From Enterobacter phage vB_EclS_CobraSix, in sequence record NC_071003.1: a DNA stretch of 47,816 bases, one strand, 5' to 3'. Position numbers and translations under genes: made by a program. The notes beneath the pieces were generated by a model that was not told the origin of the DNA, made no database searches, and was given only the letters and a program-made list of their open reading frames with translations. This document shows, in pieces, positions 46,928-47,816 of this stretch; position 1 is the stretch's first letter; each line of letters opens with the position of its first letter.

Positions 46928-47191
46928 ATGAAAATCCTGGGATTTGATGAGCACAGAACAAAACGTGGGAGTGGTGCATTAAAGTTCTTTGAGCTGGAGC
47001 GTGTACCAAGCAGTGACTGGGTAAAGATATTCGAAAGCCTGTTCACAAAAAGTGGTGATGAGGCGTGGGTTGAGGGGTATTGCATAGTGACGAACTGCCC
47101 AAGCAGTGACATAGCTGAAAGGCTAGTGCAGTTACAATCAAAGTGTGAAGAAGCAAACACAATATTCAGAACTAAGAACTCAACTCTTTGA
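46928..47191 (+). CDS. Hypothetical protein (AT-rich moron)
   Basis: 87 aa with its own terminator. Confidence 0.4.
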   Translation: MKILGFDEHRTKRGSGALKFFELERVPSSDWVKIFESLFTKSGDEAWVEGYCIVTNCPSSDIAERLVQLQSKCEEANTIFRTKNSTL

Positions 47192-47198
47192 ACAGTAA

Positions 47199-47225
47199 TC
47201 GCCGCCTCCGGGCGGTTTTTTGTTG
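47199..47225 (+). terminator. Rho-independent terminator
   Basis: GCCGCCTCCGGGCGG + TTTTTTGTT. Confidence 0.6.
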
Positions 47226-47266
47226 CCATCACCATGGGCAGGCTCATCGTAATGGCAACATCTCAA

Positions 47267-47380
47267 TCATACTAATGGAACACCAGTTATCATGTAATGG
47301 ATAACGCTCAGAGAAAACCAGACCAGAATGTATGTGATAGGGGCTTGCAGAATCGCAACCCAGCCCTGGGAAGTAAGCAT
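47267..47380 (-). CDS. 37-aa hydrophobic peptide
   Basis: MLTSQGWVAILQAPITYILVWFSLSVIHYMITGVPLV, with a perfect SD AAGGAG 7 nt upstream on the minus strand. Confidence 0.35.
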   Translation of the reverse strand: MLTSQGWVAILQAPITYILVWFSLSVIHYMITGVPLV

Positions 47381-47595
47381 TTTATCTCCTTTTCAAAATT
47401 TGAAAGTAATGGCCGCGATTTGGCCTTCAATAGTGGTCTCTAATTCGCAAGGGCAGGGATTTGCGATTTTGGGGAGGAAAGAATGCCAGTTTTGTCTAAC
47501 GCTGTTAGACATGACCTCTCTAATAGTGGGCTTTAATCCAATCCCACAGCTGATAGTAAAACAGACATCATCTAAATCGGATGGGAGATTCCTAA

Positions 47596-47813
47596 TGTCC
47601 GACACCTACATTATCAAACTGACGACGAACGACGGCGGCGAGTACACGGGCAAGATGTCACGACGTCAGCCTGAGCTGGTGAACGGCTTTGTGCCGCTGG
47701 CGACGGAGACAGGAGAGTGGCTGTATTTCGCTCCGGCCGATGTGAAGCGCGTGCAGTTTACGCCGGTACCGGCAGAGCAAACCGAACAGCCAGAAGAACA
47801 AACAACGGAGTAA
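47596..47813 (+). CDS. Hypothetical small protein upstream of terS
   Basis: 72 aa with SD GGGAG. Confidence 0.3.
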
Positions 47814-47816
47814 AGA

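Noticed and set aside
1-47816. CRISPR arrays, rRNA genes, insertion sequences or transposases
   Set aside because: No direct-repeat/spacer periodicity and no transposase-like ORF was seen anywhere in the window.

Overview
The window reads as a complete, roughly 47.8 kb lambdoid temperate siphophage genome of an Enterobacteriaceae host, written in virion (lambda-like) gene order and opened at the small terminase gene.

Gene order:
- Packaging and head/tail (1 to ~20.9 kb): TerS, TerL, portal, MuF-like head morphogenesis protein, scaffold/protease, decoration protein, major capsid protein, connector proteins, gpZ/U/V-like tail proteins, chaperone, a 1029-aa tape measure protein, distal tail proteins including an NlpC/P60 gpK-like protein, tail tip protein, and a pectate-lyase-type tailspike. 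Several AT-rich 'moron' insertions with their own terminators interrupt this region.
- b-region cargo (~21.0 to 24.25 kb): a Wzy/EpsG-like polytopic membrane protein, two tiny translationally coupled membrane peptides, and a LexA-box-controlled umuD'-like/umuC operon.
- attP, with TGGGGCA(T/A) direct repeats and an 18-bp palindrome, followed by integrase and excisionase (minus strand).
- Leftward early operon (minus strand): TraR/DksA zinc finger, several Cys-rich proteins, a fused C5-cytosine/N6-adenine DNA methyltransferase, YqaJ-like exonuclease and RecT.
- Immunity region: an S24-family CI repressor and Cro, flanked by OL/OR built from ATACAGATAAAACTGTAT-type palindromes.
- Rightward early region: CII-like protein, O-like initiator with internal iterons, DnaB-family helicase, and a nin region (NinB, NinG).
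- Late control and lysis: Q antiterminator, tR', an AT-rich moron, tRNA-Arg(UCU), a 430-bp structured noncoding stretch, then a dual-start pinholin-like holin, SAR endolysin, and Rz with an overlapping Rz1.
- Right end: Rha-family regulator, and morons close to the presumed cos/pac end.

No CRISPR array or rRNA is present. The most unusual content is:
- the SOS-regulated polymerase V cassette with a naturally truncated, probably non-catalytic UmuD' analog;
- a family of small SD-driven hydrophobic peptide genes;
- two possibly paralogous TM-anchored proteins in separate morons;
- three recurring terminator-hairpin cassette families;
- the fused dual methyltransferase;
- a putative O-antigen-converting polymerase placed beside the tailspike.
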